In this document: piece by piece, positions 19,983 to 29,804 of the stretch
How positions within the stretch are numbered: position 1 is the first letter of the stretch
Layout: each line of letters starts with the position of its first letter
Source: a virus
Taxonomy: Duplodnaviria > Heunggongvirae > Uroviricota > Caudoviricetes
Strand: one strand, 5' to 3'
Length of the DNA: 64,000 nt
Virus record (IMG/VR): IMGVR_UViG_2917461297_000001
Span: 56,643 to 120,642 of that record
Notes under the pieces: model-generated
Seen by the model: only the letters and a program-made list of their open reading frames with translations
The model's database searches: none
Told to the model about the DNA's origin: nothing
Made by a program: the position numbers and the translations under genes

Positions 19983-20379
19983 AGTTAAAAAGAAAATGAA
20001 CCTACATGAATTAATTCAATGGGCTTGGGAGAACGATGTTAGAAATAAAACTTTTAGAAGTGATAAGGTTTTAGGTCAAATTGTTAGATTCGATGAAAAT
20101 GGATATTTGGATATTAGTAACAAGATTACTGCGAAGAATGAAACATTTACAGTAGAAATCGAAGAGACAATCACGGAGGAGTATAAACTCCCTGAAGGTT
20201 TAGCAATGTATAAGAGTGATAATGACGATTTACAAAATATTCAATTAAAAAATCTAAGTATTAATGATGCTAAAAAGTATGTCGACGAGTTAGATGGAAA
20301 ACTTGAAGCGTTTTATATGGTTAATAGTAGCACTGATTTAGTATTAATTTGGAAAGATGGGAGATGGTGGAATGAGTAA
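19972..20379 (+). CDS. hypothetical protein, paralog family MKIKVKK
   Basis: N-terminus MKIKVKKKMNLHELIQWAWENDV; tandem paralog. Confidence 0.45.
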   Translation: MKIKVKKKMNLHELIQWAWENDVRNKTFRSDKVLGQIVRFDENGYLDISNKITAKNETFTVEIEETITEEYKLPEGLAMYKSDNDDLQNIQLKNLSINDAKKYVDELDGKLEAFYMVNSSTDLVLIWKDGRWWNE

Positions 20380-20794
20380 AAGAAATAAAAGACAACTCAT
20401 GGATAGTTTTATTTACTATGTGAATCATGATAAAGAGTATTTGCTTAACAAGGAACAAAGAAAAGTTGTAAAACCTTATGTGTGGAGATATAAACTGGTA
20501 ACACCTTTAGCAAAAATTAAAATTGGTTTAATACCTATTAATGAATTTATTTTTGATGGGTTGAGCTTCCTTTTGGAAAAGGCAAATGATTTAGTAAGAG
20601 ATATAGAGTATCGTATTTTTAAATTTTTAAGTACAGACCCACTTTTTGTTAGAAATACTAGGAAGAAATTTGAAAATAAGTTAATAGAATTGGAAGATGA
20701 TACTGGTTTAGAGAGATTAGCTAGATTCAAAGAAGAAAAAAAGGAGAAGAATCTTGTGTATGTTCGACCTACAAAAAGTAATAAAAACAATTAA
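20357..20794 (+). CDS. hypothetical protein
   Basis: 145-aa ORF; an alternative start at ATG 20372 is possible. Confidence 0.35.
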   Translation: MGDGGMSKRNKRQLMDSFIYYVNHDKEYLLNKEQRKVVKPYVWRYKLVTPLAKIKIGLIPINEFIFDGLSFLLEKANDLVRDIEYRIFKFLSTDPLFVRNTRKKFENKLIELEDDTGLERLARFKEEKKEKNLVYVRPTKSNKNN

Positions 20795-20847
20795 AGGAGT
20801 TTTCAAACACAAACTGATTACCCAATCTAATTGAGGAGGACGAGCTA

Positions 20848-21225
20848 ATGAAAGGTTTTATAATTAATAGTTTAAACAATCAAATTCAACAATTAAAGGA
20901 AAAAAATATAATCAGTACAAAGGAAGTTTCAGACGGTTACCACACTTTTGGTCAACTCTATCATGACAGAGCAGTATTGTTCGCAGTAATTTTAAATACA
21001 TATAAAGAAAAAGCATGGAAATCTAAGCAACATCATGACGGTACAATGTTTGGTAAACCTAATGAAATGTTTATTGTGGGTGTCGATACGCCTGAAGGAC
21101 AGTATACATATCATTACCCTATGGTGTATTGGCACATGTACGATGTGAAAGAGTTAGATAAGGCGCCAGAATACGATGGGCATACTTTCTTGGATATTGA
21201 TAGACTATTTGGGTTAATCGACTAG
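20848..21225 (+). CDS. hypothetical protein
   Basis: 125-aa ORF with RBS GGAGGA. Confidence 0.4.
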   Translation: MKGFIINSLNNQIQQLKEKNIISTKEVSDGYHTFGQLYHDRAVLFAVILNTYKEKAWKSKQHHDGTMFGKPNEMFIVGVDTPEGQYTYHYPMVYWHMYDVKELDKAPEYDGHTFLDIDRLFGLID

Positions 21226-21247
21226 AACGATTTAAGGAGGAAAAGCA

Positions 21248-21655
21248 ATGAGTTTAGATTTTGAAGTAGTAGGAGTGACATTAAGCAAAAGGAAAGTGGA
21301 GCAAAAAGGTTTGCAGCATTTTGTCAACAATTTTAGATACAAAGATGTATTAAAGAAAAATAAATATGAAGAGTTTAATTTCGAGATTGATTTTAGAAGA
21401 CCCGATTATTTAATGGATTTATTATTAAGAGACGCTGAAGAATATCGTGATAGTATTAATGAGGAATACGAAGGAATATATGTTTTAACTAAAGATAAAA
21501 TAATTGATTTGTTTAATACAGAAATGAACGAACAAACTTTTAAAAATTCTAACGACAGAAGTTATTATCATAGCCTTATGTCCCACATCTGTGATTTAGT
21601 GGGGTACGATAGTAAGCACAACGATTTCTACATGTTTATGTTCATTAGCGGATAA
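21248..21655 (+). CDS. hypothetical protein
   Basis: 135-aa ORF with RBS AAGGAGGAA. Confidence 0.4.
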   Translation: MSLDFEVVGVTLSKRKVEQKGLQHFVNNFRYKDVLKKNKYEEFNFEIDFRRPDYLMDLLLRDAEEYRDSINEEYEGIYVLTKDKIIDLFNTEMNEQTFKNSNDRSYYHSLMSHICDLVGYDSKHNDFYMFMFISG

Positions 21656-21666
21656 GGGGTGTTACT

Positions 21667-22077
21667 ATGTGCGATTACAACAAGAAGTTAATTGAGCATA
21701 TTTTATACAGGTCTTACGTCAATGAGTCGCCAGTTAGTCATATACATTTAAACAAAGTATGGTATTTTTCCTTAGGTTATCTAATCTACCACGACTTAGA
21801 TTTAGCCTTAAAGGTATACAATCGTAGCAAAGTTAGAGAAGGGGTATGGGGAGCAGTATTGCCATACATTCAAGACAATTATTCTTTCTATAAAGTTACA
21901 CCGATATTTGAAGAAGGGGCAAAACATAAGTCATTTAACTTTATGAATTACATCATAGATAAACTCATTGCTATAAACACAATGGTGCTCGTTGATATAA
22001 GTCAAGAACACAAGGCAAAGAATGAGTATTACACGTTTAAAGAGATTAAAGAAGCATTTAAAAATATAAAATGGTAG
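21667..22077 (+). CDS. hypothetical protein
   Basis: 136-aa ORF with RBS AAGGGGTG. Confidence 0.4.
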   Translation: MCDYNKKLIEHILYRSYVNESPVSHIHLNKVWYFSLGYLIYHDLDLALKVYNRSKVREGVWGAVLPYIQDNYSFYKVTPIFEEGAKHKSFNFMNYIIDKLIAINTMVLVDISQEHKAKNEYYTFKEIKEAFKNIKW

Positions 22078-22089
22078 GAGTATATTATC

Positions 22090-22371
22090 ATGAGTGAAAT
22101 AAAATTAGACTTAGTGAAAAGTAAGCGTGATATTAAAGAAAATGATGATTGTATTTTTGATGAAATTAAAAAACTTGGTTCGTTTTTATTTGACGTTTTA
22201 CAGCGATGGAATGAGTATAGTATTGCTGGTATAGAAGAAGTAGCAGCAATGAAATTTATAAGTTATGAAGAAGCGAAAAAAGAATATGACAGCTTAATGT
22301 ATATTATGGACAAACTAGCTGAACACAATATTATTGAAAGGAAAGTAAGGAACTTGAAAAATGGGAACTAA
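22090..22371 (+). CDS. hypothetical protein
   Basis: 93-aa ORF with RBS GGAG. Confidence 0.35.
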   Translation: MSEIKLDLVKSKRDIKENDDCIFDEIKKLGSFLFDVLQRWNEYSIAGIEEVAAMKFISYEEAKKEYDSLMYIMDKLAEHNIIERKVRNLKNGN

Positions 22372-22756
22372 CGCAAGATTTAAAGGAAAACAACGCTTAG
22401 ACTTTTTAATAGCGCCAACAATTTATATTCTCAATTTAAAAGGATATAAAACTAAATTTAGTTGTTCTGGTCATATAAAGAATAAACAGTGGCGTCATAC
22501 TTATATACTCTTTGAGGATTACAACGAACCTAACTCTTTACCAAAATATTTTCGGAATAATGCGGGCTTACCAAGTGAAGTAATCAATCCAATTACACCT
22601 GAAGTCTTTACTGAGCCGAGGAAAAGAGCAACAATACATTTAACTCAAGAATTTATACACAGAAACAAAACTAATAAACTTTTAGCGATATTTAAAGCCA
22701 ATATTTCCCTTTTGATTTGGTCACTAAAATTAAAATCTAAAAATAAAACGGAATGA
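22361..22756 (+). CDS. hypothetical protein
   Basis: 131-aa ORF overlapping the upstream stop. Confidence 0.35.
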   Translation: MGTNARFKGKQRLDFLIAPTIYILNLKGYKTKFSCSGHIKNKQWRHTYILFEDYNEPNSLPKYFRNNAGLPSEVINPITPEVFTEPRKRATIHLTQEFIHRNKTNKLLAIFKANISLLIWSLKLKSKNKTE

Positions 22757-22767
22757 GGTTATGATGA

Positions 22768-25074
22768 ATGAAACAATTAGTATTACTTAGAGGCGCGCCA
22801 GCTAGTGGTAAGTCAACCTTTTTAAAAGAAAATGGCTTAGAACCGTTCGCATTATCACCTGATGTGTTAAGGTATTCGGCACCAGTAGTCAACGAAACAG
22901 GTCAACTGGTAATGTCTCAAGAAAACGATAATAAAGTATGGAAGTTGTTGTTCGAGATTCTTGAAGAGCGTATGAAAAATGGTGATTTTATTATTGTCGA
23001 TGCTACTCATTCAACAGCTAAACTAATTAACAAATATAAAAAATTAAGAGAAAGTTATGGTTACCGTACATATGTGGTTGATTTTGATATACCCTTAGAA
23101 GAATGTTTAAAGAGAAATAGCCGAAGAAAAGAGTATGAATTTGTTCCAGAAGAAGCTATTGAGAATATTCATGAACGATTAAAGTACGAGAATATTCCTA
23201 GTTTTGCTAAAGTGTTAAAACCAGAAGAATTGTTGGAAGAAATTGAATGGAAAGTGCAAGATTTTAATCAATTTAATAAAGTCAAAGTTATTGGTGATGT
23301 GCATGGTTGCTATACTGCATTAAATGAATTAGTTACATATGAAGAAATTGCTGATAATCAAGACACAGCTTATATTTTTGTAGGAGATTTGTTCGATAGA
23401 GGGTTAGAAAACGCAAAAGTATTTGAATTCATTGAATCTATTTATAACTTGTCTAACGTGTTTCTGATTGAAGGGAATCATGAAAGACATTTGAGAACAT
23501 ATATAAAAGTATATGACGAGTTAATTGATGAGCTTAATTATAGCTTAGGTGATACTGAAAAAGATAAGTACAATAAAATGTATAAATACATTAAGTCTCG
23601 TGGATTCATTCAAACGACACTAAAAGAATTTTTAGATAGTGGAATCACAAAAGACCGAGTAAAGCCAATCCTAAGAAAATTGCTACAATGCTTGTATTTT
23701 GAGTTAAATGGTTCTCAATATATTGTGACTCATGGTGGTATTTTACCGAACATGATTCCAAATTTAAACTTAGTTTCTACTAGCCAATTAATTAATGGAA
23801 TTGGTGGATATGAGTTTGAAATCGATGATGAATGGAGTGATGAAAACTTTTACATGATTCAAAACCGTATTATTCAAATACATGGTCACAGAAATCTTTA
23901 TCGTATTCCATTGGACGTAGATGCAAGCTCAATCAACTTAGAAGGAAGAGTTGAGAAAGGTGGGCATTTGAGAGCCATTACTATTATTAAAGGGAACCCT
24001 TTTGTTAAGAACAAAATTGAGACTCATGAAATTAAGAATGATGTGTTTGACTCAAAATGGTTAATTTCAGACGATTACACAGAAAAGTTAGATGTTGATT
24101 TAACAGTAGAACAATTTATTGATGCAGCAAAAAGTGATAGAAAGTATATCAAAGTTCAAAATCAATATGATAATGTGTGCTCTGTTAATTTCACATCAAA
24201 GCTGTTTAATAGTGGGAAATGGAATCAGTTAGCAGTGCATGCAAGAGGGTTATTTGTTAAAGACGATGGAGCGGATAGTGTAGTTAAAGGTCGAGCGTAT
24301 AACAAATTCTTCAACATTGATGAAAACAAAAAAAATAAATTAGATAAACTTATTGACAGACTGGAGTTTCCTGTAAAAGCATATCGAAAAGAAAATGGAT
24401 ATTTAGGAATCCTGTTTTACGATAGTGATATTGACGAACTTGTGTATGCTTCAAAGAGTAAAACTCACAAAGCAAAGTATGACAATCAATATGCGTTGTG
24501 GTTCAAGGATATAGTTGAGAATGCTTTAAGTGTTGATGAATTGGAGAGGCTAAAAAATGAGCTTAAAGAGTACAACGCATCAGCTGTGTTTGAAGTAATT
24601 GATGTTAAGAATGACCCACACATCGCTAAATATGATAGAAGTAAAATTATACTCTTAGATGTTGTAAAGAACCAACTACAATTTGAAAGAGTGAGTGAAG
24701 ATTACAGTCGAGAACTAGCTGCTATGATTGGACTAGAGCACAAGGAGTTAGAGTTTACTTTCAATAACTGGCAAGATTTCTATCAATGGTATAAGGTGCA
24801 AATTAAGAGCTTGGACGCAAAACATGAAGGTTGGGTACTTGAAGACAGCAAGGGCTATATGCTCAAGATAAAATCTAAATGGTACAAAGACTGGAAGTAT
24901 ATTAGAAAGTTCATTGGTAAGATTAACACTGGTTATTCACCAAAACAATTTATTTTACAAAGTAACCATGAAGTAAGAGATTTTTATTACTGGTATAAGA
25001 AAAATGGAAAGAAAACAGATAGAGATAGCGACTTAATTAGATTGAGAGATGAGTTCTACGAACAAGAGGGTTAA
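22768..25074 (+). CDS. Pnkp-like RNA repair enzyme (5'-kinase / 2',3'-phosphatase / ligase-type nucleotidyltransferase fusion)
   Basis: N-terminal P-loop LLRGAPASGKSTF. Central calcineurin-like motifs GDVHGCY, GDLFDRG, GNHE, THGG and GHRN. C-terminal nucleotidyltransferase motif I KxDG (FVKDDGAD). Same architecture as bacterial Pnkp. Confidence 0.6.
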   Translation: MKQLVLLRGAPASGKSTFLKENGLEPFALSPDVLRYSAPVVNETGQLVMSQENDNKVWKLLFEILEERMKNGDFIIVDATHSTAKLINKYKKLRESYGYRTYVVDFDIPLEECLKRNSRRKEYEFVPEEAIENIHERLKYENIPSFAKVLKPEELLEEIEWKVQDFNQFNKVKVIGDVHGCYTALNELVTYEEIADNQDTAYIFVGDLFDRGLENAKVFEFIESIYNLSNVFLIEGNHERHLRTYIKVYDELIDELNYSLGDTEKDKYNKMYKYIKSRGFIQTTLKEFLDSGITKDRVKPILRKLLQCLYFELNGSQYIVTHGGILPNMIPNLNLVSTSQLINGIGGYEFEIDDEWSDENFYMIQNRIIQIHGHRNLYRIPLDVDASSINLEGRVEKGGHLRAITIIKGNPFVKNKIETHEIKNDVFDSKWLISDDYTEKLDVDLTVEQFIDAAKSDRKYIKVQNQYDNVCSVNFTSKLFNSGKWNQLAVHARGLFVKDDGADSVVKGRAYNKFFNIDENKKNKLDKLIDRLEFPVKAYRKENGYLGILFYDSDIDELVYASKSKTHKAKYDNQYALWFKDIVENALSVDELERLKNELKEYNASAVFEVIDVKNDPHIAKYDRSKIILLDVVKNQLQFERVSEDYSRELAAMIGLEHKELEFTFNNWQDFYQWYKVQIKSLDAKHEGWVLEDSKGYMLKIKSKWYKDWKYIRKFIGKINTGYSPKQFILQSNHEVRDFYYWYKKNGKKTDRDSDLIRLRDEFYEQEG

Positions 25075-25075
25075 A

Positions 25076-25360
25076 ATGGTATATTTGCGCTATTTAAATA
25101 AGGCTAAAAAGAAACCAGTGGCGATTGATTTTATTCAATTCACTGGAATTGAGAGTGCAGAAGCAATTGAAGAGTGGACATATAACAATGTAGTATATAC
25201 AGTCACTAATCATAAACCTAAAATGAAGGTGAGAACGTTAGAAGGCATCATGACAGCTGAATTAGGTGATTATATTGTGAAAGGGATAAAAGGCGAGTTT
25301 TATCCAGTTAAGCCGGATATTTTTAAGAAAACTTACGAAATTTTGGAGGCGAGTGAATGA
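25076..25360 (+). CDS. hypothetical protein
   Basis: Start moved to ATG 25076 after GAGGG. Confidence 0.35.
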   Translation: MVYLRYLNKAKKKPVAIDFIQFTGIESAEAIEEWTYNNVVYTVTNHKPKMKVRTLEGIMTAELGDYIVKGIKGEFYPVKPDIFKKTYEILEASE

Positions 25361-25699
25361 CTGTTTTATATGTAGTATCACTTCTTTTAAGCGGAGCTGT
25401 TATTTCGGATTATGTAAGGTTACGTAAAAAAAATAAAAAGTTGGGATATAATGTCAGCGTCCTTTCGGAACAAGTTATGAAAGATTACGGAGAAAATTAC
25501 GTTAAAAGCATTATTAAATTTTAAAATAAGGAGGAAAAGTGAATGACTAATGAGGAACTATTTGAGGTGTTTCAAGAAGCAATGCGTGAATTAGAACATT
25601 CTATTCGGCAAATTGATAACGAAGCCGATAGATATATTATTAATAAAGCTATAAAATTAATTGATTCTGTGGCTTGGAAGTATGAGGAGGACGAGTGAG

Positions 25700-26257
25700 A
25701 TGAAAGCACCACATAAAGTATTGAAAGAAATAGAAAAAAGCATTTTTAAACCTGAATACACTTTCGAGCACATAAAAGACTTAGCGGGTGAAACACTAAC
25801 ACATGTTTTTCATTTAAAAACGAGAGTTGATACTTCCGGTAGGCTTCCTGCTATCATATTTGTCACTGAAACTAAAAAAGTATTTATTTATTCTTTAAGA
25901 ATCGACACAGAAATGCAAGAAGAGATGGACTTACTCGACATAGATGCTATTACAAAAGCATATATTAGTGAGCATCGACTTAAATATATGCTTTTAAACA
26001 AAGAGCTACAATTTGAGGGCTATCTTACTGAAGAAAAATTACCTTTTGTGAATCATGAAGCGATTAAAGAATACCGTGACTATGTAGAAAATAAATTAAA
26101 AGAGGAAAGGGAAAAGTACACAAAAGAACAGGAATACAGAACGTATTTAAAATTAAAAGAGAAGTTTGAGGGGGACACACCTGAAAAAGAAATTAAGAGC
26201 AAAAAAGAATTTATTCATACATTACATAATGGCGATGGTTTAACAAAAAACATCTAA
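25700..26257 (+). CDS. hypothetical protein
   Basis: Start ATG 25700 after GAGGAGG. Confidence 0.4.
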   Translation: MKAPHKVLKEIEKSIFKPEYTFEHIKDLAGETLTHVFHLKTRVDTSGRLPAIIFVTETKKVFIYSLRIDTEMQEEMDLLDIDAITKAYISEHRLKYMLLNKELQFEGYLTEEKLPFVNHEAIKEYRDYVENKLKEEREKYTKEQEYRTYLKLKEKFEGDTPEKEIKSKKEFIHTLHNGDGLTKNI

Positions 26258-26330
26258 CTGGCATTTAATTACATATTAGGTGATGAAATAAAAGTTTTAT
26301 CTTAAAAATAAAAGCATAGAGGAATGAGTT

Positions 26331-27011
26331 ATGAAAATCAGAAATATAGATTGCTTAATTGGAATGGAAGAAATACAAAAAGAAAGTATTGACGCTTTAA
26401 TTACAGACCCACCATATAATATTGCAAGAGATAATAATTTCAAATCAATGGGTAGAGCAGGGATTGACTTCGGTGAATGGGATAAGAATTTTGATATGAC
26501 AAGTTGGTTGCCAGTCGCTATTTCTAAAATAAAAAAAGGAGGAAATATTGTTATTTTCACTGATTGGAAAGCAATAACACCTATAATTAAAGAATTAGAA
26601 AGATTGGATTGCGACATTAAGGATATGTTGAGAATTGAAAAGTCTAATCCTATGCCACGCAACAGAGATAGACGGTTTATAACGGATTATGAAATTGCAA
26701 TTTGGGCAGTGAAAAAAGGCGAGAAATGGACTTTTAATAGATTATCTGAAACTTACGAAAGACCTTTAATAAAAACGAAAGTCACTCCTAAGTCCGAAAA
26801 AATAAATGGCGGACATCCTACCCAAAAGAATATCGAAACGATGGAGTGGATAATTCAAAGATTGACCAACGAGAGAGATGTCATTCTTGACCCGTTTATG
26901 GGGAGTGGAACAACAGGTGTAGCTTGCAAAAAATTGAATAGAAGATTCATAGGCTATGAATTAGAAGAAGGATATTTTGGAATTGCTAAAGAAAGATTAT
27001 TAATTATTTAG
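26331..27011 (+). CDS. DNA amino-methyltransferase (N6-adenine or N4-cytosine, beta class)
   Basis: Motif IV ALITDPPYN precedes motif I DPFMGSGTTGVA; no cognate restriction endonuclease is evident. Confidence 0.7.
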   Translation: MKIRNIDCLIGMEEIQKESIDALITDPPYNIARDNNFKSMGRAGIDFGEWDKNFDMTSWLPVAISKIKKGGNIVIFTDWKAITPIIKELERLDCDIKDMLRIEKSNPMPRNRDRRFITDYEIAIWAVKKGEKWTFNRLSETYERPLIKTKVTPKSEKINGGHPTQKNIETMEWIIQRLTNERDVILDPFMGSGTTGVACKKLNRRFIGYELEEGYFGIAKERLLII

Positions 27012-27333
27012 AATAAAAAAGTTTGAGGTGGGGAAAATATATGATGCCATATGTTTCAGAGAAATACTATTATACAGGTGTAAGTGATGAGTATTTTACT
27101 ACAGGAAAGCAATATACAGTAATTGAAACAGGGAGACACTGGTTTAAAGAGTGGGGTTGTGGTGCATAGATGACAACTGATGAATATCCTAAGACTAAAG
27201 ATATAGATTATGGTTGTTTTGTATCATATGAAAATTTTGGAAAAAACAAGAACTTTGAAAAATACTAGATGAAATAAAAGTTTACCAAGAGGATTAGAAT
27301 AACATATAAAACTAGAATTTTAAAAGGAGAATC

Positions 27334-27735
27334 ATGATGATTAATAAATACAGAATTTTTAATAAAGTTAAAAATAAATATGTGGAAGATGTTGTTGTAG
27401 ATGATTTTCATAAAACTTTATGCCAACCAGCAATTACACCAGATGGAAAATTAGTTGCTCTTTATTATGATGAAATTTATGATGTATTGCCTAATACTTA
27501 TTTAGTTGAATATTCAACTGGGTTGTTAGATACAAATAAAATAGAAATATTTGATGGAGACATCATAAAAAAAGAAAATATATATTACAAATATTATGAA
27601 AAAGTTTATTATGACAGAGAGTTAGCTTGTTGGTGTGCAGGTAAAAATGATACTTTATCTAATATCACAAATTTAGAAGTAGTAGGTAATATACATCAAA
27701 ATCCAGAATTATTAAACGAGGGTGCAGAATATTAA
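27334..27735 (+). CDS. YopX-family protein (second paralog)
   Basis: C-terminal VVGNIHQNPELLNEG; lower local GC than the surroundings; flanked by 16-bp direct repeats. Confidence 0.55.
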   Translation: MMINKYRIFNKVKNKYVEDVVVDDFHKTLCQPAITPDGKLVALYYDEIYDVLPNTYLVEYSTGLLDTNKIEIFDGDIIKKENIYYKYYEKVYYDRELACWCAGKNDTLSNITNLEVVGNIHQNPELLNEGAEY

Positions 27736-27795
27736 ATATAAGCAAGATTATTAATTATTTAGAATAAAATTAAATTTTTATAGGAGAAATTATTT

Positions 27796-28023
27796 ATGAC
27801 AAAAGGAATTAAATTAGAAACATTAAAACAAGTGATTGAAAGGAGTAAGTTTGACTTATCTACTGATGATGTTTTATCGGATATAGACCGAGATGAATTC
27901 GAGGAGATACTAAATTTTGCGGAAGAAAATTGGGAAGAGGTTAATTTCATTATCAATATGGCAATATCACACTCATTAAATAGGTTGGCAATTAGAAGCA
28001 GTTTTGCCGCAGATATTGAATAA
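27796..28023 (+). CDS. hypothetical protein
   Basis: 75-aa ORF with RBS GGAGAA. Confidence 0.35.
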   Translation: MTKGIKLETLKQVIERSKFDLSTDDVLSDIDRDEFEEILNFAEENWEEVNFIINMAISHSLNRLAIRSSFAADIE

Positions 28024-28168
28024 CAAGAAGATTGAACTAATGGCGAACAAGGCTTAGCAGTAATGTCACCGTTTGCAGTTTTGAATCTCATTATCGGATA
28101 TTCTTGATTGATTGGAGATAACCGAAGCATAGATATTACTGTTTTTCAAACAAGGAGGCGCTGAGGAA

Positions 28169-28357
28169 ATGACACAATACTTAATCACAACTTTCGTAGA
28201 TGTCTATGGTCAAACGTATACAGAAGCAACTAAAGCTAGAGGTAATCAAGCGTTTACTGTTGTAGAAGCAGAAAGTAAGGAAGAAGCAATTAAAAAATAC
28301 AACTTATATGCTAAAAATAGACAAGTTGGCGAACCTAAGACAAGTGTAAATCAGTGA
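28169..28357 (+). CDS. hypothetical protein
   Basis: 62-aa ORF with RBS AAGGAGG. Confidence 0.4.
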   Translation: MTQYLITTFVDVYGQTYTEATKARGNQAFTVVEAESKEEAIKKYNLYAKNRQVGEPKTSVNQ

Positions 28358-28367
28358 GGAGCACTAA

Positions 28368-28829
28368 ATGAAATCTAATGAGACGTTAGCAGCAGAAAAA
28401 TACTTGTATAACTTATTATTAAAAGATAGGTTAAGCATTTATGGGTGTCACGAAGTAACCATTGGAATAGAACCTTTAAGAAAAGGTCGAGAGATTGTAG
28501 ATTTTTTAACTTACGACAACAAAAATGTTTTTAGAGCTTATGAAATAAAAGTTACAAAACAGGACTTAAAAAGTAGTGCAAAATTATCGTTTGTTGGACA
28601 TTACAATTACTTAGTGATGACTGAAGACTTATACGAGGAAGTAAAGAATACTAATTTAATCCCGTTTAACATCGGAATTGTGATAGTAGGCAAAGGTGTT
28701 ATTAAGAAATCAGGAAGAAAGACTTTGAACATGAGCGATAACATTAAGTTGTTAGAAAGTTTGATGAGGTCGCTTGATAGAGAAAATAGAAAAGATAAAT
28801 TAAAGGATAAAGGTGATGAGATTGGCTAA
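28368..28829 (+). CDS. PD-(D/E)xK-like nuclease fold protein
   Basis: Spacing of the D...EIK triad (IVDFLTYD ... AYEIKVTKQD) fits a restriction-endonuclease-like fold. Confidence 0.35.
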   Translation: MKSNETLAAEKYLYNLLLKDRLSIYGCHEVTIGIEPLRKGREIVDFLTYDNKNVFRAYEIKVTKQDLKSSAKLSFVGHYNYLVMTEDLYEEVKNTNLIPFNIGIVIVGKGVIKKSGRKTLNMSDNIKLLESLMRSLDRENRKDKLKDKGDEIG

Positions 28830-29349
28830 TATACTAACAGTAGAGCAATTAGAAGAATTATTAACGATACAAAAGGAATTCGACGATAGAATACCGACAC
28901 TTAATCTACAAGATAGCCAAATCGCTTACGTAGTTGAGTTTTTCAAGTGGTTTAATACACTGGAAACGTTTAAAAACTGGAAAAAGAAGAAAGGCAAACC
29001 ATTAGAAACGCAATTGAATGAACTTGCTAACATGTTAACGTTTGGGTTGAGTATTGCAAATCAATGTCTTGACGGGACTGAAAAAGTTAATGATGAGTTC
29101 ACACAAAAAGAAATAATAGAGTTTATTGAAAAGGCAAATCGTAATTTAGGATATGCAAATGCCTTTACGCAATTTATGTATGATTTATATGGCTTATACG
29201 ATTATGATTACAAAACTAAAATGCTTCTACCTTTTGCTTTTGCGTATGAATACTACACTATCGACCAACTCGTTGCGGCATATAAAAAGAAAATGAAAAT
29301 CGAACTTATCAAACTGAATAAAGGTTTAGAACCTTTGGAAAGCGAGTGA
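28813..29349 (+). CDS. all-alpha NTP pyrophosphatase-like (dimeric dUTPase/MazG-like)
   Basis: Weak resemblance to phage dimeric dUTPase-like proteins; the call rests on pattern only. Confidence 0.25.
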   Translation: MMRLANILTVEQLEELLTIQKEFDDRIPTLNLQDSQIAYVVEFFKWFNTLETFKNWKKKKGKPLETQLNELANMLTFGLSIANQCLDGTEKVNDEFTQKEIIEFIEKANRNLGYANAFTQFMYDLYGLYDYDYKTKMLLPFAFAYEYYTIDQLVAAYKKKMKIELIKLNKGLEPLESE

Positions 29350-29792
29350 ATACAATGAGTGTACTAGGGTTTGTGTTGATTTCATTGACAACTTTATTTT
29401 TATTGATGATAGTTTTGTTTCCAGAGGATAGGCTCTACTTTAGAAAATATCCTAAAACAATCAATCTAGATGAATTAGAAATAATTGAGCACTATGATTT
29501 AATAAACCTGTATATGAGAGATGGTAAAAATTTTGTGCTTGATTTAGAAGACTACAAAAAGCAATATAATTCAGATAGCGATTTTATAACTTTAGATATT
29601 GGCTTAATAGCTAGAAAAGATAGTTTTGTATTATTCGATATGTACGGCGCAGGAACAGCGAAGTATAAAGAAAAAGAGTTGTCATATTTAAAAAATAGTA
29701 ATGGCGAGTTTACTTCTTTATATGCGAAGAATGAGAGAATGTTTAAGAAATTGGAGTATAAGATTCGTGATGGTAAAGCAAATAAATGTTGA
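29346..29792 (+). CDS. hypothetical membrane-anchored protein
   Basis: N-terminal hydrophobic segment VLGFVLISLTTLFLLMIVLF. Confidence 0.35.
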   Translation: MNTMSVLGFVLISLTTLFLLMIVLFPEDRLYFRKYPKTINLDELEIIEHYDLINLYMRDGKNFVLDLEDYKKQYNSDSDFITLDIGLIARKDSFVLFDMYGAGTAKYKEKELSYLKNSNGEFTSLYAKNERMFKKLEYKIRDGKANKC

Positions 29793-29804
29793 AAAGAGGA
29801 TTTT

